54,139 bases of DNA from Sphaerodactylus townsendi (taxonomy: Eukaryota): positions 22,692,001 through 22,746,139 of the forward strand of contig NC_059439.1 of the NCBI RefSeq assembly GCF_021028975.2, read 5' to 3'. This document shows positions 12,342 through 23,294 of this stretch, piece after piece. Under the pieces are notes generated by a model. It was not told the DNA's origin, did no database searches, and was given only the letters and a program-made list of their open reading frames with translations. A program made the position numbers and the translations under genes. Within the stretch, counting starts at the first letter, position 1; every line of letters begins with the position of its first letter.

Positions 12342-12835
12342 GATTTTTAATCAAAACACTATAAACACAAAAACAGACATAACCATGTGATAGAAGTACT
12401 TCTGCAGATCTCAGAAAATCATATTTAGTCGTAATGAAATGCTATGAGCTTCATAACACTCACAGATATCCCTTGAACATCGATTTTTGTTACATAGTTG
12501 TAGCTGTTCCGTCAGCCACTACTTACAGCAACAGGAAATTATGACTTGTCTTGACTTAACAGAAAATTATGACATGTCTTGACATAAAATGACATGTTGG
12601 TTTAGAAAGATTTCACCCCCTCTCTCAAATTTTCCTCATTTTTTAGTCCCTAGAGGGTGACTTTCCAAATTCTCTCCATTGTGGAATAAATGTAATCATT
12701 TCCTCTCTTGTATTGTCAAAGGCTTTCACGGCTGGAATCACTTGGGTGCTGTGTGGTTTCCAGGCTGTATGGCCGTGTTCCAGCAGCATTCTCTCCTGAC
12801 GTTTCACCTGCATCTGTGGCTGGCATCTTCAGAGA

Positions 12836-12876
12836 TCTCTGAAGATGCCAGCCACAGATGCAGGCGAAACGTCAGG
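12836..12876 (+). ncRNA. Minimal type I hammerhead ribozyme motif (Penelope-type); a mirror copy lies on the minus strand at 12795-12835
   Basis: tct-CTGAAGA-t-gccagc(cacagat)gcaggc-GAAAC-GTC-agg: catalytic core, stem II, palindromic ACGT stem III, predicted cleavage after C12873. Confidence 0.65.
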
Positions 12877-12893
12877 AGAGAATGCTGCTAGAA

Positions 12894-13041
12894 CAGGGGT
12901 AGGGAACCTGCGGCTCTCCAGATGTTCAGGAACTACAATTCCCATCAGCCTCTGTCAGCATGGCCAATTGGCCATGCTGGTAGGGGCTGATGGGAATTGT
13001 AGTTCCTGAACATCTGGAGAGCCGCAGGTTCCCTACCCCTG
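12894..13041. mobile_element. 148-bp palindromic hAT MITE nested in the Penelope remnant
   Basis: CAGGGGTAGGGAACCTGCGGC...GCCGCAGGTTCCCTACCCCTG; perfect 8-bp TSD TGCTAGAA. Confidence 0.92.
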
Positions 13042-13362
13042 TGCTAGAACACGGCCATACAGCCCGGAAACCACACAGCACCCAAATTTCCTCTCTTGTT
13101 TTAAGAATTATGTCTCAGAAGGACTTTGACTTTAACCCCATTAAGAAGACTCCAATGGTGGAAAGACAAGTGAACCTGCCAAGTCCATGGTTCAAAGTTG
13201 CATCCTCCATAAAGTTGTTTGGTGGCCTTAGGTAGCCAACATCTATCTGGCTTTTATCAACACTCGAAACATTATGGCTTGGATCTTCTCCATTCTCTCC
13301 CCCAAATCAGAAGAAATGCTAGTGGAGTTCAATCCCCCCCCCCCACGCACACACCTCCACAC

Positions 13363-13498
13363 CAGTGGTGGGATTCAAATAATTTAACAACCGGTTCCGG
13401 TGGTGGGATTCAAATAATTTAACAACTGGTTGTTTACAAGCACTATTTTAACAACCAGTTCTGCTGAAGTGATGTGAACCTGCTGAATCCCACCATTA
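13363..13498. mobile_element. hAT MITE
   Basis: TIR CAGTGGTGGGATTCA / TGAATCCCACCATTA; 8-bp TSD CTCCACAC; internal duplication of the left end. Confidence 0.85.
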
Positions 13499-14914
13499 CT
13501 CCACACAGAGGTTAACAGAAATATAAGTAATGTTATTTGTTTGGTATATTTATTATGCAAACTAGAGCAGAGATATAAGTCCATGTAACCTTGTTATACT
13601 TGAGCAAAGTCCATCCAGCTTCATCCAACTAAGATCCATTAATTTAGATCCCTATCCTGTATATTTTTTGTTCTGAAAACATTCCCATACCTTTGTGATT
13701 AAATATACATTTTGCATCACATAGACCTTATTGTACAATCCTCTGGGTGGCATAAGTCAATTGCAGATGTCCATGAAATGTGATGTAAAACTCAAGCTCC
13801 TGCCATTGTTTATTTTGTGCATCTTATTGTTTTGTCTTCTTTGGCAGTCCAACATTCATCTATGGAACCTTTTCAGACAAATTAAAAAACAACCCTTTTC
13901 AGTATGTTTGGATATAGACATACCTGATCTGCATTCCCCAGCTTGTTTCCTTCTTAGGTCCAGGTTGAGCAACAGTTGGTTGACAGGACATTTTAGAGAA
14001 TGGCTTCTTCAAAAATCCATCCATGGTACCAATTAAACCAAACCAATGTATAGAAACCTGAGAATGTACAGGAGATTGCCCTTTGAATCAAGTTATGGAT
14101 ATATCTATACCTATTATCATCTATATCTATATTTTAACCCTTGCTCCCCTATTCATGAAAATTCCTCCTGCTTTATGATATGGTTCCAGAGTGCCAGTGA
14201 CTGTTTCATACTGCTGTAATCTAGTTAGCTCTTCGAAGTGGTGCCTACTAACTCTACACCTGGCCTATTTTACTATTTTTATTTCATTCCAATGCAAAAT
14301 GATTCAGACTCTCTCAAACTAAAATATCAGACTGATAGTGCAATCATATATATAGGCACATCGAGTTTCATGTGAAAGGGAGACTAGAAATAATCCTATC
14401 TAAACCTATTCATTTGGAGCAACTACACAAAACTGCACAAGTGAGTGTCTTTGATTTAATGACAGTTAGCATACTGTCTCACATGATTTCTTTCTTCACT
14501 GAAATAACACAATACCTCTGGGTCCAAAATGAGGCATGAAAGCACAAGAAAAAGCATCCCTATTTATATCTACTGTCGTTTGATGCAATTTAATTCTTGC
14601 GGTATGCTGTTGGGTATATCCCAGTAATGAATCAGTGGGGATAAAACAAGAGCATAATGCATGATAGAATAAAGTTTCCTCTAGAGATGCCAGAAACTAT
14701 TGATTACATCAGAATACCCTCAACCTGAAGTTTAGTCATTTAAAAAAGGGATCCCAAAGCAAACATTTATCCATTTTGGAGAGTTGGGAGAGAATACTCA
14801 ATATTAAATAGCCATCATGGTAACTTTATTGGACTAATTTAACGGAACAGAGAAAATAGTACCTTCTGGTACTTTCTCTTACTACCAATGGTTAGATAAA
14901 GTGATTTTATCTAA

Positions 14915-15207
14915 CAATGGTGTAGTGTCTAGCAGGTACACTCTGATATGGAGGAACTGGGTTTGATTCCCAGCTCTGCTGCTTGAGTTATGGAGGCTTA
15001 TCTGGGAAATTCAGATTAGCCTGTGCACTCCCACACATGCCAGCTGGGTGACCTTGGGCTACTCATAGCTTTCCAGAGCTCTCTCAGCCCCACCTACCTC
15101 ACAGGGTGTTTGTTGTGATGGGGGAAGGGCAAGGAGATTGAAAGTCCCTTTCAGTATCCTACAGGAGAGAAGGGGCGGGATATAAATCCAAACTCTTCTT
15201 CTTCTTA
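14915..15207 (+). mobile_element. tRNA-derived SINE with L2-type tail (Squam2-like)
   Basis: A-box tggtgtagtg, B-box-like ggtttgattccc, core gggtgaccttgggc...ctcagccccacctacctcacaggg, (CTT)n tail. Confidence 0.8.
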
Positions 15208-15699
15208 ATAAAGGGATCAGGACTTGTGTTTTGCGGCAGTGTTGTGTAGTGGTTAAGGGCAGTGGACTCCAATCTGGAGAACCAGATTTGATTCTCCAAT
15301 CCTCCACATGAGCAGCTGCCATCCTCCAAGCAGGGGCTGGAGATCCCCAGAATCACACCATAAAGAGTAGTCCTCTTGGAGAATATGCTTGTGGCAGAGC
15401 GTAAACGCGATGGCATTATAATCCAGTGAGGTCCCTCATCTACCCAAATCCCACTCTTCCCAGCTTCCACCTCCAAATCTCCAGGGCAAAGACTACATTT
15501 TGTTCAGATGTTCAACTGCTTCTTTGAAGTCAGAAAACATTTGAGTCATCTAAGAAACATTTTCCGGTGGGGAGGGGGAGGAATTGTGTGATCTCTGATC
15601 ATTCATTCATTTAACTTACCAGTGGAAACAGCTAATTGGATCCAACTCATAACTTCATCAGTATTTGAATCCACTTGCCTAAATAAAACTTGCTAATGA

Positions 15700-15828
15700 C
15701 CTTATTCGTGATGAGATTTTCACACAAGGCCAGGGACTATACTCATGATCCAGCCTAACCCTAACCCTAACCCTTATTCGTGATGAGATTTTCACACAAG
15801 GCCAGGGAATATACTCATGATCCAGCCT
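15700..15828. repeat. 57-bp direct duplication flanking an interstitial telomeric repeat
   Basis: 15700-15756 and 15772-15828 differ by 1 mismatch; CCTAACCCTAACCCTAACCCT at 15754-15774. Confidence 0.92.
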
Positions 15829-16209
15829 TAATAATGATTTTTTCAGAATCTTGATTAAAAGCTATTCTGAGGAACAATAAGAAGAGTCAAACACAAATAA
15901 TCAACATGGTGCATAAAATCTCTGGAGAGCACAGTGCACAGCAAGTGTGAAGTAATTCTGTCCTACTGACCCTTCCTTCTTCTTTTCTCAGTGTTGCTTT
16001 TCCTCAACCCCCGCACCACCACCACCATCACCTTTTCAAGATTTTCAGAAGACAAGTTTCCACACATGGTCCTGAAACTGAATCTCTAGGGATGAAATAG
16101 GCTGTACAATTTAGAAAGGAATCTTTATTGCTTTATGCTGATTCCTTGACAATAGTGTTTTCCGTTCAAAATTCAGCATCCTTATATATGTCACTCTAAG
16201 AGAATCAAG

Positions 16210-16642
16210 GGCCGTTTCCGCACGGCCAAAAGCAGCGACGCGATGACGTTGCAAATTGCGACGCATCCCAAAAAAAGCGTTCACACAGACAGGCGGAGCT
16301 GCGGGCGTCCGCAGCCCCGCAGAAATGTGACGGTTCGCACGGAAGCGCTGCGGAAGCGGCGTCTCGCGATGTTGCGCCTGCGCACTTGCGAAGCCGTGCA
16401 GGCCCGACGCCATTTTTTGACGACAGCTCCGTGGCGGCTGTTCGCACGAGTGCGGCGTCGATGCGTCACATGGGGAAAAAGAGTGGTTTTAAGCGTTTTC
16501 TGAATACACCGTCTTCGCGCCGGTTTAGCGTTTTCACGACGGCGCGACTGCGCACCTCCGCCGCTGCGCGTGCGAACGCTCTCGCTCTGACGCTTCTTTT
16601 TCCGTTGCGACGACGTCATATTTTGCCCGTGCGGAAACGGCC
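16210..16642. mobile_element. 433-bp CpG-rich Harbinger-type non-autonomous element
   Basis: TIRs GGCCGTTTCCGCACGG / CCGTGCGGAAACGGCC; TSD AAG/AAG. Confidence 0.9.
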
Positions 16643-16972
16643 AAGCATAGCTGCCTAAAGCTATGAGATGCCTTCAGAAACACATTTACAGGCATCTCAT
16701 AAAGCAAAATGGAAGAATGTAAAGAAATACACATTTTTCCCCTGTACGTTTTAAACATTCTTAGACATACAATTTGTTGCCTTCAAACCATTCCCATATT
16801 ATTCTGCTTTATACATACTCATAAGTCATTGTTCAACTACTAGTATTTGTTCATGTACTGCATAACATCACATCACAAAATACTTGAGTTTTCCTTGTAA
16901 AGCCAGAAGTTGTGTTAAAAAAAACCCATGCTCCAGTTTTAAACCATAATTCGATGTTCGTAGTTAAACTTA

Positions 16973-17113
16973 GGCCCCTTCTGCACATGCAAAATAATGC
17001 ATTTTCAAACCACTTTCACAACTGTTTGCAAGTGGATTTTGCCATTCCGCACAGCTTCAAAGAGCATTGAAAGCAGTTTGAAAGTGCATTATTCTGCATG
17101 TGCGGAATGAGCC
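16973..17113. mobile_element. ~140-bp Harbinger-type MITE
   Basis: Full copy; TSD TTA/TTA; 43 nt downstream of an OR stop codon. Confidence 0.9.
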
Positions 17114-17156
17114 TTAGTTATTGTAGAAGACCTTACAGACCCAAGGCAGAATGTTT

Positions 17157-18083
17157 TCACATCAGCAACTTTTTCATTGCCAATTTCACTTCCTTGTTCC
17201 GTAGGCTGTAGATGAGAGGGTTGAGTGTTGGTGTTAAGATGTTGTATAAAACCCCAGCAAGCTGGTCTTTTTCCAAAGAGTAGCTGGAAGTAGGACGGGC
17301 ATAGGTGAAGATGCCAGTGCAAAAGAACATAATCACGACTGTCAGGTGAGATGCACAAGTGGAAATGGCTTTCTGGCGCTGCCCTTTCTGTCGGCTACTC
17401 AAAACGACATGAAGGATAAAAATGTAAGAAACCAGAGTGAAGAGAAAAGGACTGAAGCCTACAAACACACCCGTTGTAAAAAGAGCTACTTCATTGGCTG
17501 ATGTGTCAGAACATGAGATGCTCAATAATGGAGGAATGTCACAGAAAAAATGGTTAATCTGATTTGATTGGCAGAAAGAGAGATGGAAGGTGAGTACTGT
17601 GTGGAGGGAAGCATTCAGGAAGCCACACATCCAGGACATTGCAGACAGCTGAATGCAGAGCCATGTATTCATGAGTCTGGTGTAGATCAGTGGGCGGCAT
17701 ATTGCAAAGTAGCGGTCAAGTGCCATAGAAGCCAGGAGGAATCCTTCAGTGCCTGCCAATGTGAGAAGGCAACACATTTGTACAGCACATTCCATGAAGG
17801 AAATGCTTGGAGGTGTGGCCCAAACATCGACTAGCATTTTGGGTACAGTCACAGAGATGTAACAGATATCTATGAAAGAGAGGTTGGTGAGGAAGAAATA
17901 CATAGGAGTGTGGAGAGATGGACTGAGCACGGCCACAGTGATTATGACAGCATTCCCTAAAAAGCAGATGACATACATGGTGAGGAAGAGGAAGAAGAGG
18001 AAATTCTTTTCCTGTTTGATATTTATAAATCCCAGCAGAATGAATTCCATAGGAGTTGTCTGATTCTTGTAGTTTGAGCTCAT
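17157..18083 (-). CDS. Olfactory receptor, class II, OR5V1-like (308 aa)
   Basis: Third paralogue; ATG at 18083 (MSSNYKNQT), since the ORF-track start 18092 is TTG; all OR motifs present; acceptor ttcag|attggacataATG. Confidence 0.96.
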   Translation of the reverse strand: MSSNYKNQTTPMEFILLGFINIKQEKNFLFFLFLTMYVICFLGNAVIITVAVLSPSLHTPMYFFLTNLSFIDICYISVTVPKMLVDVWATPPSISFMECAVQMCCLLTLAGTEGFLLASMALDRYFAICRPLIYTRLMNTWLCIQLSAMSWMCGFLNASLHTVLTFHLSFCQSNQINHFFCDIPPLLSISCSDTSANEVALFTTGVFVGFSPFLFTLVSYIFILHVVLSSRQKGQRQKAISTCASHLTVVIMFFCTGIFTYARPTSSYSLEKDQLAGVLYNILTPTLNPLIYSLRNKEVKLAMKKLLM

Positions 18084-18244
18084 TATGTCCAATCTGAATA
18101 TTATAAAAACAAAAATGATATTTAAGACAATACAACATTATACAATGTATTATCTAAAGATTATAAAATAATGGTGAAATTTTAAACAGAGTGGGATCCT
18201 TCTGAGCCTATTGACTTGAACACATTTAGAATGTTATAAACTGA

Positions 18245-18386
18245 GGCCCCCTTCCGCACACGCAAAATAATGCGTTTTCAAATCACTTTCACAATTGTTT
18301 GCAAGTGGATTTTGCCATTCCGCACAGCTTCAAAGAGCACTGAAAGCAGTTTGAAAGTGCATTATTCTGCATGTGCAGAATGAGCC
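18245..18386. mobile_element. ~140-bp Harbinger-type MITE
   Basis: Full copy; flanks tga/aga. Confidence 0.88.
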
Positions 18387-18774
18387 AGAGTTCAGAACTG
18401 CTCTGTCAAAAATAAAGACGAGAAATTTGGTTGTATTACACCCATAGTGTGCCTTTGAGCAATGATTTTCTATATATTTTATTCTCTGAATAATAAACAC
18501 TACCACCAGTAACTTACCATGCTAAGTTACCATGCTATATTATTGACATATTTCAAACTAGTTCCACAATCATCAGAACTCTGGGCTGCCTACCTTCAAA
18601 TCCAAACTTTCACATTACAATACCCGATCTCTTGAAAAAATTTAATCTTAAAGACAGATGTTTTCCAGTGGTCTGCCAGCAGAATGTGCTACACATTCTA
18701 ACACCTTGCCACAGAGAGGGGTGGGAAAGAAAGAGGGAGAGACAGGGAGAGAAGCATTCAAGAACAGTGGCTCT

Positions 18775-18940
18775 TTAGAAGGTTCCAGATTCAATTCCTG
18801 GGAGCTACAGTTAAAAAGGACCAAGTGATAGATGATGTAAAAGTCTCTTCTGGAGACCTGAAGAACTGCAGCCAGTCTGAGTAGACAATACTGATTTTAA
18901 TGGCCAATGGTCTAATTCAATATCAGGCAGCTCCATGTGT
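18775..18940 (+). mobile_element. tRNA-SINE with CR1-type tail (Squam3-like), decayed
   Basis: gattcaattcctgg...gccagtctgagtagacaatactga...atggtctaattcaatatcaggcagct. Confidence 0.55.
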
Positions 18941-20137
18941 GGCTATAACATGAAAAACTGCAAGAGTTCCTATGTGACCATGAAGAGCTGTTGTACTTAT
19001 ATTTGCAATGGAGCTGATAACATTCAGCTTTCATTCATATCACAAACCCCATACAAATGTATATTCCATAGATACAAGAACACAGATATGCTAAAGTTCT
19101 TTCTCTGTATGAGATAATTCATTTCTTTCACTCTGATACTGTGAAATGTTTTGACTGATTGGAAGCAAACATACCATTTCAAACAATGTCTTCGTTTGCT
19201 GAAGGAACAAATTCTCATTCTTGCTTCATGGCAGTACACAGAGGTGCAGCTAATAAACAACTTGCCAACTATGTCTTTGAGCTTAATGCAGTTGAGTTCC
19301 TAAGGGATATCAGTAGTTTTATTTTGATAATGAATCCGTCGGGCCTAGAATAATAACAATACATATTTGTCTCCAAGGCTTCCTCCATTTTTCCATTGCT
19401 TGAACAGGCACTTACCTGGGTAATGGATGAAGTAATTCAAAAACATTCATAGTTTTAATTTTAGAGAATATCTATCCTGATGAATAGTTTTGGGTAAGTC
19501 TTATTCTAGTTATATTGGCTGCTTATGTAAAAAAATGATTTTCCCAAAATGGAATTAAAACAAAAGCCCCGGATGCAGCAGCAAAGCATTGAACTAGAAC
19601 AATATTTTTGTTATTTTTTAACATTTTATTTTATTCAATTTATATCCTGCATTTATGCAATTTATATCCACTGAATTGATATTTTTGAGGTATATACTTG
19701 AATCCCACAATCTCTTTTAATACCACCCATTCTGAACATGTCTGTTTTAGAATTTAATTAGATGTATATAAAAATGCTGATTGAGAGATTAGCAGCTCTC
19801 AACATCTTCCTTCCGTTTGTTCAACTTGGATTCACAATTAGATCCATGCATGCAGGAATATATATATATGTATGTAAGAGCTCGTAAGAGCAACAGTTGG
19901 GGTTCTAAGCCCAAATGGAAGACAAAACATATTCGGGAATTTATTCGATTTCTATTTTAAAAGTTCATTCAAGATTATTTCAGATGAGTTTTCCCTGAGA
20001 TTCCATACTCTATTTTTCCTTATCCTTTGCAAGAATTGTGATTCTTTATGTTGTGTTTCCATACATCATTTTTCGTATAACACACTCATTTTACATTATC
20101 ATTTTAACATTATACTTTATACAAGCACATTGCATAT

Positions 20138-20195
20138 AAAACTGTACATTATGTGCATATGATACAAACTGTACATTATGTGCATATGATACAAA
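20138..20195. repeat. 27-bp tandem duplication
   Basis: aaactgtacattatgtgcatatgatac x2. Confidence 0.85.
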
Positions 20196-21798
20196 TTTAT
20201 GAATTCAAAGGTGAAAAGGAAACCCAAAGATTCCTTGTTTACCAAAAGGGAATCCCTGGTTCCATCCCACAATAAGCAGCTCAACATCTGTGTTAGGTTA
20301 TTGAATATAAACACTGGAAACCAAGAACTGAGGAAGGGTAGTAGTAATCATGGCAATCAGAAACGTGATGGGAACCATATCAAAATATTTGTAAAGAAAC
20401 AAATTTACATTTGTTAATTGAAGATTCTTTCTTTTAAACCCAAAAGACTCAATCATAGCTTTTACGTCAGCTGAATGATATGTCAACCTCCTAATTATTT
20501 TGACTACCTATACTGCAGCTTCTCTGATCTATGATATCCTTTTTCACTGTGGGGAGAGCAGAACTATACACAGTATCCCAAATGCCAAATGCATTATAGA
20601 TTTGTAGAAAGATATGAGAATAGTCTTATAAGATACAGCTGGCCTATCAGTAAATATTTTAGAATTTGGATACCTGAAAAAAAAGATTTCTTACTAAGAA
20701 AATTACTTACTTACAAAGAAAAAAAGAGGAATGAAAGATAAATCCCTCTTTTAAAAGAACAGGAAAATGAGAGGAATCAATGGTTCTAAGAAAGTTATTT
20801 TAAAAAAATACCTCACTCCCCACAACAGAACTAGTACAGAGAATATTTCCCCCCAATATAGAGAAACACCTACTTCCTTAATATGAGTGGAATCCAGCCA
20901 GATTTTTTTTTTGCTTTGTCTAATACTCCTCCTTACTACCATATTTGCCACACATGGCTTTTGTCCATACAGGGCCCAAGGTCCCCACCTTTTTGACGTT
21001 AGTCAAAGGGAAACGTCCTCTCTTTTTTATGAGCAGATAAGCTGTTAGACAGATGAAGCTTAAGTCTGCAGTCATGCATTTCTGAGAAGAGGTGCTTAAC
21101 ATAGCTCTTTAAAATAATTTACAAATGCTGTTCTAAAACTTTACACACTGGTTATGGAAACGAGGAGAAGGTCATCAACAATACTAGAAATAGCAAGTTC
21201 CAAACAAACACAACGCTGCATATCAGTACTGCAATGGCATCGTGTATTATCCAATATCCCAATGATTTGTTATCACCATAACATGCAAAATTCTATGATG
21301 ATCTAAATAATCTCAATAGGCTTATCTATTGTATTATCTAAATAAAAATTGATAGCATATATGTAATGTCTCATTTCAATAGCATATTCACAACGATATA
21401 GTTCAGTTCTGTCAAGAAATGGTCTCTTAGTTTTCCTTCCAATCACATAAATCAGTATTGCAGAAGTAAAGTTTTGCATGTAGTCAACATACAACTTGTT
21501 TCACAGGTCTCCACAGTTAATAGAATGCTTCCAGCTCCAACAGTTGCAGATGTAATTAGCCGCCCCTGGGCATTGGGATCCATGTAAGATACTCCACAAG
21601 TCATAGTTACAGAGCTTAAAGGGCCTCACAGTCATAACAGGACTTGTTTGACATTCGCTATTTCTTGATTGTTTCCATTGCATATGTTCAGATGCTAGTG
21701 ATTATGTTGTCAAGAACTATGTCAGCCACTAAATGTGATTGTCCAAAATAAAGCACGAGATGCATTGTGAAATCTGAATTATTTCAGTAACCTTTATT

Positions 21799-22308
21799 GG
21801 CCCTTTCCACACGCCAATTCAACCGGGATAAACCTGGTAAAAAACCAGGGTTGGGGGAGAACTTCACATAGATCCCGATCCTGATGCGGATCCACTCCAC
21901 ATCCCCCCCCCCTGGGTTTTTTGACAATCGCATTATGTGAGATTCTTTTGTTTCAATGCTGCTTGCAGCCAGGCCAGAGCAAACGGCTGCCATTGTGAGC
22001 TGCGTCAAAACAAGAGAATCGCGCATAACATGATTCTCAACAACCCCTTCCCCAATTTCCATCTGCAGGAGCCATGCAGGGGAAACAGGCCAGGGGGTTG
22101 GGGAGCCATTCAGGGGAAACAGGCCAGAGGACTTTGCAGGCAGGCAGGCAAACAAAAAAACCCAGGCAGGGAAGAAAAAAGTGCCTTCATGCAAGACATG
22201 CACCCTGTCCAATGTGCTGGACAGCAGCAGTGTGAAGAGGCTGGGGCGAGGGCAGGTTCATGTAAGCTGCCTTCCCCCCCGCTTTTATTGACCTGTGTGG
22301 AAAGGGCC
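21799..22308. mobile_element. ~510-bp GGCC-ended non-autonomous DNA transposon
   Basis: TIRs GGCCCTTTCCACAC / GTGTGGAAAGGGCC; TSD not preserved; ends 32 nt from an OR stop codon. Confidence 0.75.
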
Positions 22309-22340
22309 TACAGGAAGTTATCTCTTTCATATGGCTCATT

Positions 22341-23294
22341 TTAGCCTTCCATAGAAGTCCTGTTCAGCATCTTTGTCAAGAGAAATTTCTTAAGGGCTGT
22401 TCTCACCTCCTTGTTCCTGAGGCTGTATATGATTGGATTTAAGACTGGGGTAACTAAGCAGTAGAACACAGCCACTAACTGGTCCATGTTGAAGGAAAGA
22501 TTTCGGGTGGGCCTGACATATATGAACATCATTGTCCCATAGAAGATACCAACTACTGTCAAGTGGGAGGTAAAAGTGGAGAAGGCCTTTTTGCGTCCAA
22601 CTGAAGAAGGTATTCTTAAAACAGTAATGATAATGGCCACATAAGAAACTGTAGTTATTGTGAAAGAGCCAACAAGGATAAATGAACATATGAAAAAACT
22701 CAGCATCTCATTCAACTGGGTCCTATTACAGACTAGCCTCAACAAAGGCAAGATGTCACAAAAGAAGTGATCCACCACGTTGCTGCTACAGTAGTTTAGC
22801 TGAGAGATAAGGATCACTGGTATTAACGGCAGGACTAATCCAATCATCCAAGACCAAGTAGCAAGTTGAATATAAACAGTACTATTCATAATGGTGTTGT
22901 ATCTCAGAGGAGATCGTATTGCCACATACCTATCAAATGCCATAGCAGCTAAAAGTAGGCACTCAACGCCACCAAGACCATGAAAAAAATATATCTGGGC
23001 AAGGCAGTTGTTGAAGGATACTGTGTTCTTTTCCTTCAAGAGGTCCATCAGCATTGTCGGGACTGTGACTGAGGTAAAACAGATCTCCAAAAAGGAAAAA
23101 TTGCCCAGAAAGAAGTACATGGGTGTATGGAGAGCTGGTTCATATTTGATGATGAAAAGTATGACCAGATTCCCTATCAGTGATAATGTGTACATTATAA
23201 AGACCAGTACAAACACTATTACTCTTATATTTTGCAGGCTGGGGAACCCTCTGATAATAAATTCATTCATTCTTGTATGGTTTGAAAGATCCAT
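22341..23294 (-). CDS. Olfactory receptor, class II, family 6/11-like (317 aa)
   Basis: LHTPMYFFLGNFSFLEI, MAFDRYVAI, HFFCDILPLL, LNPIIYSLRNKE; NHT sequon; acceptor ccattacag| about 19 nt upstream of the ATG. Confidence 0.94.
   Translation of the reverse strand: MDLSNHTRMNEFIIRGFPSLQNIRVIVFVLVFIMYTLSLIGNLVILFIIKYEPALHTPMYFFLGNFSFLEICFTSVTVPTMLMDLLKEKNTVSFNNCLAQIYFFHGLGGVECLLLAAMAFDRYVAIRSPLRYNTIMNSTVYIQLATWSWMIGLVLPLIPVILISQLNYCSSNVVDHFFCDILPLLRLVCNRTQLNEMLSFFICSFILVGSFTITTVSYVAIIITVLRIPSSVGRKKAFSTFTSHLTVVGIFYGTMMFIYVRPTRNLSFNMDQLVAVFYCLVTPVLNPIIYSLRNKEVRTALKKFLLTKMLNRTSMEG

Larger units (their letters stand above)
12712..13085. mobile_element. Penelope-like element remnant (inverted terminal-repeat pair) with hammerhead motifs
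   Basis: Palindrome centred at 12835/12836; 14-bp flanking direct repeat ATTTCCTCTCTTGT (12698-12711, 13086-13099); CTGAAGA...GAAACGTC motifs. Confidence 0.8.

Noticed and set aside
14915-14990. tRNA-like A/B boxes (also about 15236, 42577, 46533)
   Set aside because: Heads of tRNA-derived SINEs; no complete cloverleaf.
16111-16758. Cluster of overlapping Arg/Ala-rich ORFs (also 10510-11202, 21784-22344, 53905-54090)
   Set aside because: By-product of GC-rich non-autonomous transposons; no transposase or other domain motifs.
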